Virus record (IMG/VR): IMGVR_UViG_3300030708_004113 | Span: 1 to 37,543 of that record | DNA: 37,543 nt | Source: a virus | Taxonomy: Duplodnaviria; Caudoviricetes | Reading direction: 5' to 3' (one strand) | Part shown: in pieces, positions 17,336-25,118 of the stretch | How the letters are laid out: every line of letters starts with the position of its first letter | Position numbering within the stretch: the stretch's first letter is position 1 | Program-made: the position numbers and the translations under genes | Notes under the pieces: model-generated | Told to the model about the DNA's origin: nothing | What the model saw: only the letters and a program-made list of their open reading frames with translations | The model's database searches: none

Positions 17336-18610
17336 ATGCCACTACCAACCCCCAACAATGGAGAGAAGCGTTCTAAATTTATGGATCGCTGTATGAGCGA
17401 TCCCACCACAAGGGGAGAATTCAAAGATAACAAGCAAAGAGCCGCCGTCTGTTCTTCGCAATTTTCAAAAGCAGAGAGCAAAGCTTCCGCTATTATAGGA
17501 GAAGAGGGAGAGACTCGCTGTTACTTTTCAACCGCAGAGGAGAAAAACAAACCATTAAATAAACCCTTCCGCACCCCAAAAGGACCAAAGAAATTCTCTG
17601 TTTATGTCAAAAACGAGAAAGGTAATATCGTAAAGGTTAATTTTGGAGATCCCAACATGGAAATTAAAAGGGACGATCCCGCTCGTCGCAAAAGCTTCAG
17701 AGCTAGACATAATTGCGATAACCCAGGTCCAAAGTGGAAAGCTAGGTATTGGTCCTGTAAACAGTGGAGGGCTGGTAAAAAAGTAGAGGGTTCAGTAGAG
17801 GATGATTACGAGTGGGATGGTGAAACACTTTTCGATCATGATGAACTGTTAGCAATGAATCCTGATCTAGTTAATGCGCCAGATGCAGAAGTTTCTGAGG
17901 CAGCTAAACGCAGTGGACGCAAAAGTGGTGCTCAAACCCCTGCTGAACCAAGCGAAAGAAAGAAGGGTTCAAAGAAGAATCCTAAGGGGAGCGCAGGAGA
18001 AAAGGGTAGCAAAATTACATTTAGCGAAAAAACCACTAACGCGCTAAAAGAAAAAGTCAAAGAACATAATTCGAAACACTCAAAGAAGGTAACTCTCTCT
18101 CAGTTAAAGAAAGTCTATCGTCGCGGTTCGGGAGCATTCAGCACCTCTCATAGACCAAATATGTCCAGACATGGTTGGGCAATGGCTCGCGTAAATATGT
18201 TTCTTAAAATGAGAAGAGGCGGTAAGGTTAAGGATTCTTACAGAAAGGCTGACCAAGATATCGCCTCTGCCTCAGAGAAAAACTGGGCAGCAGAAGCAAT
18301 GTCCTCGCTATGGGAGAACATTAGGAAGAAAAAACAAAGGATGGGCAAAAACTATAAACCCGCAAAACCTGGAGATAAAGATAGGCCCACACAAGAAGCT
18401 CTCAAAAAAGCACAAGGATCTCCTGACGTTATGGAGCATTACTTTGAAACCAAAGAAGAGGCGATTAAAGATGCCAAAAAGCTGGGTCTTCAAGGTTTTC
18501 ATTCACACAAAAGCGACGACGGCAAAACCCTTTACATGGCTGGACCCGATCATAAGACCTTTATGAAGAGGCATAAAGAGGTTCTAAAAGAAAAGAAAAA
18601 CAAGGGTTGA
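17336..18610 (+). CDS. Lys/Arg-rich multi-domain phage protein (includes a DUF6321-like module)
   Basis: Discrete modules: MPLPTP..FMDRCM..QRAAVC; NKPFRTP..KKFSVYVKN..FGDPNM..RRKSFRARHNCD..ARYWSC; LKKVYRRGSGAF..WAMARVN; LWENIRKK; FETKEEA..GFHSH. Confidence 0.8.
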   Translation: MPLPTPNNGEKRSKFMDRCMSDPTTRGEFKDNKQRAAVCSSQFSKAESKASAIIGEEGETRCYFSTAEEKNKPLNKPFRTPKGPKKFSVYVKNEKGNIVKVNFGDPNMEIKRDDPARRKSFRARHNCDNPGPKWKARYWSCKQWRAGKKVEGSVEDDYEWDGETLFDHDELLAMNPDLVNAPDAEVSEAAKRSGRKSGAQTPAEPSERKKGSKKNPKGSAGEKGSKITFSEKTTNALKEKVKEHNSKHSKKVTLSQLKKVYRRGSGAFSTSHRPNMSRHGWAMARVNMFLKMRRGGKVKDSYRKADQDIASASEKNWAAEAMSSLWENIRKKKQRMGKNYKPAKPGDKDRPTQEALKKAQGSPDVMEHYFETKEEAIKDAKKLGLQGFHSHKSDDGKTLYMAGPDHKTFMKRHKEVLKEKKNKG

Positions 18611-18639
18611 ATTTAAGACTTTAATACATACAATCAGTA
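18607..18639 (+). promoter_or_regulatory. Putative leaderless promoter
   Basis: TTGAAT (18607-18612, overlapping the upstream TGA), 16 nt, TACAAT (18629-18634), 4 nt, ATG 18639. Confidence 0.5.
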
Positions 18640-19124
18640 TGATTGTTCAGTATTATAAGCCTAATTCAAAAAATACAGGGTGTGCGGTCAGCTTCGACAT
18701 CGGCCCTAATAACAAAAACCAAGAACCTTGTGTTTATGTTAGGGCTGTAAAGCAGCATTCATGGAACCAAGCGAAGCGCACGGGATCTTTTTCAGAGAAT
18801 GCTAAAGACCCAGAAAAATCTCTATCAATTAAGCTCAACGAGATTGAAGTAGGAGGTTTAATTCATGCCATTGAAAAGTATAAAGACTTTTCAGCCTTTC
18901 ACTCTTACGAGGACAACAAGACTTCTATTAGCTTTAAACCTTACCAAAAAAAAGATGGGACAGATGCCTTTTCATTCGGCATTACGCGAAATTCTTCAAA
19001 CAAGTTTGGCATTGGCGTAGAGATTTCTGAGGCTTATGGCCTTAGAGAATTCTTGAAGTTCTTCTTACAGGAACTTTACTTAAATCGCCTTGCATCAGCT
19101 AAAGCTTACAAGTCAAATGGATAA
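18639..19124 (+). CDS. Putative Whirly/PC4-like single-stranded nucleic-acid-binding protein
   Basis: Duplicated beta-beta-beta-beta-alpha pattern (SIKLNEIEVGGLI; GIGVEISEAYGLREFL) and a YYKP...G.AVSF start. Confidence 0.45.
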   Translation: MIVQYYKPNSKNTGCAVSFDIGPNNKNQEPCVYVRAVKQHSWNQAKRTGSFSENAKDPEKSLSIKLNEIEVGGLIHAIEKYKDFSAFHSYEDNKTSISFKPYQKKDGTDAFSFGITRNSSNKFGIGVEISEAYGLREFLKFFLQELYLNRLASAKAYKSNG

Positions 19125-21006
19125 AAAAACAGTTTTATTCCATTCTAATTTTTGTCGAGCATTTACAGGCTTTGGTAAAAATAAAAAAAATATTATGCGA
19201 TACCTGTATAACACAGGTAAATATAATTTGGTTGAGCTTGCTAATGGTTTATTCTGGGATGACCCACAAACCCAGTCCGTTCCTTGGGAGTGTAGAGGTT
19301 CTCTCCCTCCCAAGGCGCAACTAGACAAGTTAACACCAGAAGAGCAAAGAGCAGAAGGCTATGGGCGCACCCTCGTTGACCGAGCAGTAAAAGAGTTTAA
19401 GCCTGATGTATACATAGGCATGGAGGACATATGGGCTTTCGATAACTTTCACAGAAAACCTTGGTGGGACAAAATAAACACCTTGGTGTGGACTACGTTA
19501 GATAGCTTACCACTTCTTCCTCAGGCAGTTGATTTTGTCCCCAAGCTTAAGAATTATTATGTTTGGGCCTCCTTTGCGGAAAGAGCAATGAAAGATCTAG
19601 GTTATGATCACGTTAAAACATTGAGAGGCTCCCTAGATACCTCTAACTTTTATAAACTGAGTGATGAAGAACGGTCCAAAGTAAGGAGAAGGCTTGGTTT
19701 GGGGGATGATTATATTGTTGGTTTTGTTTTTAGAAACCAATTAAGAAAAAGTGTTCCAAATTTGCTTGAAGGTTTTAAGTTATTCAAGGAAAAAATTCCT
19801 AATGCAAAATTACTTTTGCACACGCACTGGTCAGAAGGCTGGAATATTCCACAATTGATTGAAGAAAAAGGTCTTAATCCATCAGACATTTTGACCACTT
19901 ATGTCTGCAAAAAATGCGGTAATTATTTCATTAGCGCTTTCAAGGGGCAGGATCAAAACTGCCCTTACTGTAAAGCTGAAAAATCAGTTCATACAACTAA
20001 CACATCAAACGGTGTAACAGAAGAACAATTAAATGAGATATATAATATGATGGATGTTTACTGTCATCCATTCACCAGTGGAGGTCAGGAAATTCCCATT
20101 CAAGAGGCAAAGCTAACAGAACTTATCACATTAGTAACGAACTACTCTTGTGGCGAGGATAGTTGTAGCGAGGAAAGCGGGGGCATTCCCCTAGAGTGGC
20201 ATGAGTATAGAGAACCTGGGACTCAGTTTATTAAAGCCTCTACCGATTCAGAGGACATTTACAATAAACTAATGATGGTTTACGAAATGGATAAAGATGA
20301 GATCAAAGAAAGGGGTGAAAAATCTCGTCAGTGGGTCATAGACAATTTCTCTACTGAGGTTATTGGCAAAAAACTTGAGGAGATTATTGATGCCATGCCA
20401 TCTATTAGCTATGAGTTTAATGACGACAAACTAAAATGTAATCCTGACTATGCTGTTCCAAGGGACCACATAAGCTTGGAAGATTTTGTGAAAGATCTTT
20501 ATAAAAACATTCTAATTGATAAGGTTGATGAAAACTCATTAGGACTAAAACACTGGGTCTCTCAAATCAAGAAGGGGATGCCACAAGAAGATGTCGTCAA
20601 TCACTTCAGGCAATTAGCAGCAAAACATAATCAAGAGTCTTCTCTTCCAACACTTGAGGATTTACTTGCTGAAGATGAAGTGGAAAAGAGGATTGCTGTA
20701 ATTATGCCCCAAAGCGAATGTGACGTTTTTTTGGTAAATTCCTTAATGGAGAATTTAAAAAAAGAGTATAAAGAGCATTCTATTTATGTCTTCACTCACC
20801 CTCAATTTTTTGACTATATTGAAGACAATCCCGCTGTTTTTAAGTGCTTGCCTTATTCCTCAATAGTTGAAAACTCTTTAGCTTTGGAAGGCATCGGTGA
20901 CCACAAGGGGTTTTTCGAAATGGCTTTTTATCCCCACACAACAACTCAAAAAAACATATGCTTCACTCATAATGGAGTAAACAAACATCAATTTTCACTA
21001 CTCTAG
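19117..21006 (+). CDS. GT-B (GT4-like) glycosyltransferase with a Zn-ribbon insert, a small helical domain and a C-terminal GT9-like N-half
   Basis: GFVFRNQLRKSVPNLLEGF; LNEIYNMMDVYCHPFTSGGQEIPIQEA; CKKC...CPYC; IAVIMPQSECDVFLVNSLMENLKKEY...DNPAV. Start set at ATG 19117. Confidence 0.85.
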   Translation: MDKKTVLFHSNFCRAFTGFGKNKKNIMRYLYNTGKYNLVELANGLFWDDPQTQSVPWECRGSLPPKAQLDKLTPEEQRAEGYGRTLVDRAVKEFKPDVYIGMEDIWAFDNFHRKPWWDKINTLVWTTLDSLPLLPQAVDFVPKLKNYYVWASFAERAMKDLGYDHVKTLRGSLDTSNFYKLSDEERSKVRRRLGLGDDYIVGFVFRNQLRKSVPNLLEGFKLFKEKIPNAKLLLHTHWSEGWNIPQLIEEKGLNPSDILTTYVCKKCGNYFISAFKGQDQNCPYCKAEKSVHTTNTSNGVTEEQLNEIYNMMDVYCHPFTSGGQEIPIQEAKLTELITLVTNYSCGEDSCSEESGGIPLEWHEYREPGTQFIKASTDSEDIYNKLMMVYEMDKDEIKERGEKSRQWVIDNFSTEVIGKKLEEIIDAMPSISYEFNDDKLKCNPDYAVPRDHISLEDFVKDLYKNILIDKVDENSLGLKHWVSQIKKGMPQEDVVNHFRQLAAKHNQESSLPTLEDLLAEDEVEKRIAVIMPQSECDVFLVNSLMENLKKEYKEHSIYVFTHPQFFDYIEDNPAVFKCLPYSSIVENSLALEGIGDHKGFFEMAFYPHTTTQKNICFTHNGVNKHQFSLL

Positions 21007-21007
21007 C

Positions 21008-22174
21008 ATGTCTCATTTTCTAGAAGAATACGCAAAGAACTTGGGAGTTAAAGCTTCCAAACCTGTGGTTCAGGATCACTTTTTTCCATTGACCACTACT
21101 AAGTATATAACCATTTCCAATGACGAGGCGACACCATCAAAACGCTATTCTCACTATAACCTTGTTTTAGAATTAGTTAGACCTGTTCTAAAACAACGTG
21201 GAATTAAAGTTGTGCAGATAGCAGGTAGAAATCCAATTGAAGGCGTAGATCAATTGTTAAACCTATCGTTTAGACAACAATCTTTTATCTTAAATGAATC
21301 ATTGTTACACTTGGGAAGTGATGGAGTCTTGAGTCATGTGGCCAGTTCAAAAAATACTCCCACAATTAATTTATTTGGGAATTCGTTTCCAAACAATAAT
21401 CGGCCCCTATTTTCTGCTTCTGCTCTTAATATCAACTTATCTCCCAAGTGGGACAGCAAGCCATGCTTTTCTCCTGAAGATCCCAAAAAACAAATAAACA
21501 ACATCAAGCCTGAAGTTGTCGCACAGTCAATTTTAAAACTACTTAAAATAAACGATCAAGACATTAATTTTTCTACCCTTCATATAGGTGCGGGTTTTGA
21601 GCAAAAAATTGTAGAAGTTGTTCCAACATCCTTTCTACCCCTTGATACAAGAGACAAGTTTGACATATTTCTCCGTCTTGACTACGGTTACGATCAAGAC
21701 TCTGTTATACGATATTGCCAGTCTTATAAACTAGGTATCATAACCGATAAAGTTATTCAACCTCATGGGCTTGCGCCTGTATCTAAAAATATAAACCGAT
21801 TGTGCATATTCATAGACAAAGAGTGGGAGGGCGATGGAGACCCTAGTGCTCGTATCCCAAATGAATATTTTAAATTCTTAAAAAACCAAGGTATAGAGTG
21901 CGTTTTGTTGCTTAAAAACTCCGAGTTTTTAGGTCGCGCTCAAAACGTTTATTTCGATCAAGTAGTTAAACCCTACAATCAAAATAAAAATAAGAAATTA
22001 GAAAACGTTACAAAAAATTCAAAGTTCTTTTCTGGTAAATACCTAGTCGAAGGAGGCAAGGAATATTTAAGTTACGCACATTGGAAAAAAAATCTTGACA
22101 ATAGCAACATAGTGATAGATACTCCTGAGTATTGGGAAGAATTAGACCATTTTTATATTTATGAGCAAAACTAA
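21008..22174 (+). CDS. GT9 (heptosyltransferase-like) C-terminal Rossmann half fused to an unknown domain
   Basis: SKRYSHY...IKVVQIAG...LSFRQQSFIL...HLGSDGVLSHVASS.NTPTINLFG...INNIKPEVV. Confidence 0.7.
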   Translation: MSHFLEEYAKNLGVKASKPVVQDHFFPLTTTKYITISNDEATPSKRYSHYNLVLELVRPVLKQRGIKVVQIAGRNPIEGVDQLLNLSFRQQSFILNESLLHLGSDGVLSHVASSKNTPTINLFGNSFPNNNRPLFSASALNINLSPKWDSKPCFSPEDPKKQINNIKPEVVAQSILKLLKINDQDINFSTLHIGAGFEQKIVEVVPTSFLPLDTRDKFDIFLRLDYGYDQDSVIRYCQSYKLGIITDKVIQPHGLAPVSKNINRLCIFIDKEWEGDGDPSARIPNEYFKFLKNQGIECVLLLKNSEFLGRAQNVYFDQVVKPYNQNKNKKLENVTKNSKFFSGKYLVEGGKEYLSYAHWKKNLDNSNIVIDTPEYWEELDHFYIYEQN

Positions 22175-22925
22175 AACAGCTAAAAAGTCTGCAAAAAAGG
22201 TTTACGGACCTGATATTTATCAACGCAATGGCCATGGCTTGCTTGAAAATATTGATTATGTTTTTAATGAAGACGGTTCGGTTAACTGGAGGGCAATGAT
22301 TAAACCCGAATTTCTTTACCCAAACAAGGGATGGTTTGATGCCAGAAATAAGCCCACACCAAATTCCTCAGAGGGCTTAGATGACAAACAGCTTCTTATC
22401 ATGCTTGGCGGTATTAAAGAACTGGCAAAGCTGCGTGGGTATCACTCCGTAGAGTTTCAGGTGGACAATGTTTCAGAGGGGTATGTCACTGCTAAATGTC
22501 GCATCGGTTGGCTTCCCAACTATGAAAGTCTTTGCAAGATAGATTACGAAGACACAGGCAATGCAACTTTGGCAAATACTGACTCATTTTGTGCGAAGTT
22601 TTTAGAAACGATTGCATGTAATCGGGCTTTTGTTAGATGTGTTAGGAATTATCTAAACATTCATATTGTAGGTGCAGATGAGATCGACAAGTCTCAAGGT
22701 CAACCCGCACCTATTGAGTCTGTAGCCCCCCCTATAACACCCTTAGGCATCCTTGAAAAAGTCCTTAGAGATAAATACGATACGGATTCCTTTGAGGGCT
22801 TCAAGGCCGTCCTAAGGGATTTATGGAAGCAGGATAAATATAGAAACGAGGAGGCTGCTTCTTGGAATTCTTTTCAAGACATCGAAAGCTCAGAAGCCAG
22901 AAAATTACTCTCTGTTTTAAAGTGA
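22161..22925 (+). CDS. Putative single-strand annealing protein (Rad52/RecT-like)
   Basis: IMLGGIKELAKLRG...YEDTGNA...ETIACNRAFVRCVRNYLNI..VGADEI resembles the SSAP core; short C-terminal helical domain. Confidence 0.5.
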   Translation: MSKTKTAKKSAKKVYGPDIYQRNGHGLLENIDYVFNEDGSVNWRAMIKPEFLYPNKGWFDARNKPTPNSSEGLDDKQLLIMLGGIKELAKLRGYHSVEFQVDNVSEGYVTAKCRIGWLPNYESLCKIDYEDTGNATLANTDSFCAKFLETIACNRAFVRCVRNYLNIHIVGADEIDKSQGQPAPIESVAPPITPLGILEKVLRDKYDTDSFEGFKAVLRDLWKQDKYRNEEAASWNSFQDIESSEARKLLSVLK

Positions 22926-23380
22926 TCAAGCGCTTAAGAGATCCAAAAGAATTCGAAAGAGCAATCAAGGATATTTCTCGTCTCTTTGATTATGAAAACA
23001 ATAATGAAGGTCATTTTTTTCTTAAGCATGATGAAGATGGAATCATTAAATGTTTTGCTCATACGCAAATTTTAAATTGGGATCTAATGGTATGGGCTAA
23101 CGAAAACTCAGATGGAAACTATGATGCGCTGATAGCTTTTTTAAATGAAAAAAGCGAAAAGTTTGGAGAGCGTATCTTTAGTGAATACCTTTGGCTGTCA
23201 AAGAACCCAAGGGTGGGATGCAGCTTGTTTAAAGTTGCAGTAGATGAAGCCAAGAAAAAAGATTTTAAATATATTAAAATGGGAGCAGCAATGGCTCACC
23301 CTAAACATAAAAAAGTTATTCGCTTTTATGAAAGAATGGGTTTTTTAAAAGACTCAGAAGTTTACATCGCTCGCTTATGA
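22922..23380 (+). CDS. GNAT-family acetyltransferase
   Basis: PRVGCSLFKVAVDEAKK (motif A) and VIRFYERMGF (motif B). Start set at the GTGA overlap, 22922. Confidence 0.75.
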   Translation: MIKRLRDPKEFERAIKDISRLFDYENNNEGHFFLKHDEDGIIKCFAHTQILNWDLMVWANENSDGNYDALIAFLNEKSEKFGERIFSEYLWLSKNPRVGCSLFKVAVDEAKKKDFKYIKMGAAMAHPKHKKVIRFYERMGFLKDSEVYIARL

Positions 23381-23574
23381 ACAAAAGAGTTTCCAAACAA
23401 TTAAGAAAAATCTGCAATCCAGTTGATCCTGTGTCCAGAAGGGTTTATCAACGCTTGAAATCACAATATAAATCACTACCGCATTATGCAAAAAAAGACT
23501 TTATCAACCTCCTTAGAGAAACAACCTTCGACTTGGACTCAGAACAAGGTGGGAGCGTTTTGGATCAAAAATAA
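23377..23574 (+). CDS. Small basic hypothetical protein
   Basis: ATGA overlap with the GNAT gene; MNKRVSKQLRK...RRVYQRLKSQY. Confidence 0.65.
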   Translation: MNKRVSKQLRKICNPVDPVSRRVYQRLKSQYKSLPHYAKKDFINLLRETTFDLDSEQGGSVLDQK

Positions 23575-23722
23575 GGGAGATGGACGCAGTTACCTATCGG
23601 GAACTATAGAAGTAAACGGCCAAAAGGTTCCATGTCTTATCTTTAAGAACGATTACCAAGAAGGAAACACCCCTCACTTTCACGCATATGCCTTACCATC
23701 GTCTCCTGACGGGGAGACTTAG
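23486..23722 (+). CDS. DUF736-like small beta protein (start uncertain)
   Basis: KVGAFWIK...GRSYLSGTI...LIFKN...P.F pattern. Confidence 0.6.
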   Translation: MQKKTLSTSLEKQPSTWTQNKVGAFWIKNKGDGRSYLSGTIEVNGQKVPCLIFKNDYQEGNTPHFHAYALPSSPDGET

Positions 23723-23727
23723 AATTT
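23701..23727 (+). terminator. Possible weak terminator or hairpin
   Basis: GTCTCCT-GACG-GGGAGAC stem followed by TTAGAATTT. Confidence 0.3.
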
Positions 23728-23732
23728 AAGGG

Positions 23733-24407
23733 ATGAATATAGCGGTCTTAATGTGGTATGATAAGCAAATCGAATTCTTTGCTAAATATTACCACCAGAT
23801 AAATGAATTATATTGTAATAAATATAATTATAAATTAATAAAATGCTCCAAACGCCGCTACACGGACAGAAAACCGCATTGGGAGAGGTTTCCATTAATA
23901 CTAAAACACATAGAAAAGTATGATTATGTTGTATGGATAGATGCTGACGCTTTCTTTTATCTAGAATCGCCCTCGCTAGAGGATCTGATACAAAAATACG
24001 ATAACGAAATCATATTAAGTGCAGACTACAGTAACCTAAGCCCCCCAGCCTTGAACTCTGGGGTTCTCATTCTTAAGAATACTAGCCAAGTTAAAGCTAT
24101 GGTTGAAAAATGGGCTTACTCAGACGAGCTTAAAAACAAATTTTTAAACCCCCCAATTAGAAATTGGATAGAAGATCAAGCGGTTATAAGAGGATGCTAC
24201 AAGGAGAATATTGATAACTTCAGAGAAATCTGTTCTATCATTCCCTATTTAAAGCTACAGCACTACTGGAAAAAGGAGATAAATTACCTAAGACAACAGG
24301 AGACCAATGAACTCCCATATGTTTTCCACTTGGCTGGAATGTCGGACGAACAAAGATTAAAATATCCTCGGGAATATCTTAAGAGTCTAGACGAAATAAG
24401 ACTTTAA
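23733..24407 (+). CDS. GT-A glycosyltransferase, GT34 (GMA12/MNN10)-like
   Basis: YCNKYNY, HWERFPLI, YDYVVWIDADA (DxD), LNSGVLILKN, WIEDQAVI, FHLAG. Confidence 0.8.
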   Translation: MNIAVLMWYDKQIEFFAKYYHQINELYCNKYNYKLIKCSKRRYTDRKPHWERFPLILKHIEKYDYVVWIDADAFFYLESPSLEDLIQKYDNEIILSADYSNLSPPALNSGVLILKNTSQVKAMVEKWAYSDELKNKFLNPPIRNWIEDQAVIRGCYKENIDNFREICSIIPYLKLQHYWKKEINYLRQQETNELPYVFHLAGMSDEQRLKYPREYLKSLDEIRL

Positions 24408-25082
24408 GTGAGCCACTCTTAATTCAGGAATAACTACAGGTTTAATTCCAGTTGTTTTGTAGCAGTTTCTGCAAAAACTAACATCCTCAAAACTTAGGTC
24501 TTTGATTGTGATCTTTTCACCCTCATTCTTTGGGTCTCTACAACCTTCAATTTCTATTTGATTCAAGGGGTAATATGGATATTCCATTTGTTCGTATATT
24601 GAACGGTGGACTTTGGTAAAACCAAACCCACACCAGTCAACCTGAACAATTTTTCGAGTGTCTTCCTTGGCCATTTCTAGCAACCATTTAGCGGAGGTAA
24701 ATGGCATGTGTAAGTTTTCCTTGAAATACTCTTCATCCCAAGAGCCGACCATCGCTTTATCTCCATGATCAGATTGATACCAACCAGTGGCAAACAAGTT
24801 TTCCTCTGGCACTTCATTTAATAAGTATTCTATTTGCTCAATACTGAACTTAATATCTGAATCAATCCAAAAAAGCCATTCTGCTTTTGGGGGAGATGTA
24901 TCTGAATAGCCCTTGCCACCTGTGGCGAGAAGGTTCCTAGCAAAATTTAAAAATAGACCATTACAGGTTAAAATGGTGGAATTGTTTTTTTCACACCACG
25001 ACTGTAAATCTAGGTATTGAGTAAACAATCTACCCTGAATGCCTCTATGATCAATTGGGATTAAGAAAATACACTTTAACAT
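24387..25082 (-). CDS. GT-A glycosyltransferase (GT2-like)
   Basis: NFARNLL, WLFWIDSDIKF (DxD), VDWCGFGFTKV, SFEDVSFC, RVAHLK. Confidence 0.8.
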   Translation of the reverse strand: MLKCIFLIPIDHRGIQGRLFTQYLDLQSWCEKNNSTILTCNGLFLNFARNLLATGGKGYSDTSPPKAEWLFWIDSDIKFSIEQIEYLLNEVPEENLFATGWYQSDHGDKAMVGSWDEEYFKENLHMPFTSAKWLLEMAKEDTRKIVQVDWCGFGFTKVHRSIYEQMEYPYYPLNQIEIEGCRDPKNEGEKITIKDLSFEDVSFCRNCYKTTGIKPVVIPELRVAHLKSYFV

Positions 25083-25116
25083 TATCCCATTATAAACAGG
25101 AAAGCTAAATTATCTA
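25083..25116 (-). promoter_or_regulatory. Putative leaderless promoter for the minus-strand glycosyltransferase
   Basis: On the - strand: TAGATA (25116-25111), 16 nt, TATAAT (25094-25089), 6 nt, ATG 25082. Confidence 0.6.
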
Positions 25117-25118
25117 CC

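Noticed and set aside
3371-22235. Short minus-strand ORFs (3371, 4174, 4616, 7220, 7822, 9112, 12570, 12795, 14414, 14481, 14669, 15894, 18308, 19113, 19710, 22008)
   Set aside because: They lie antisense to well-supported + strand genes and show no motifs; treated as shadow ORFs.
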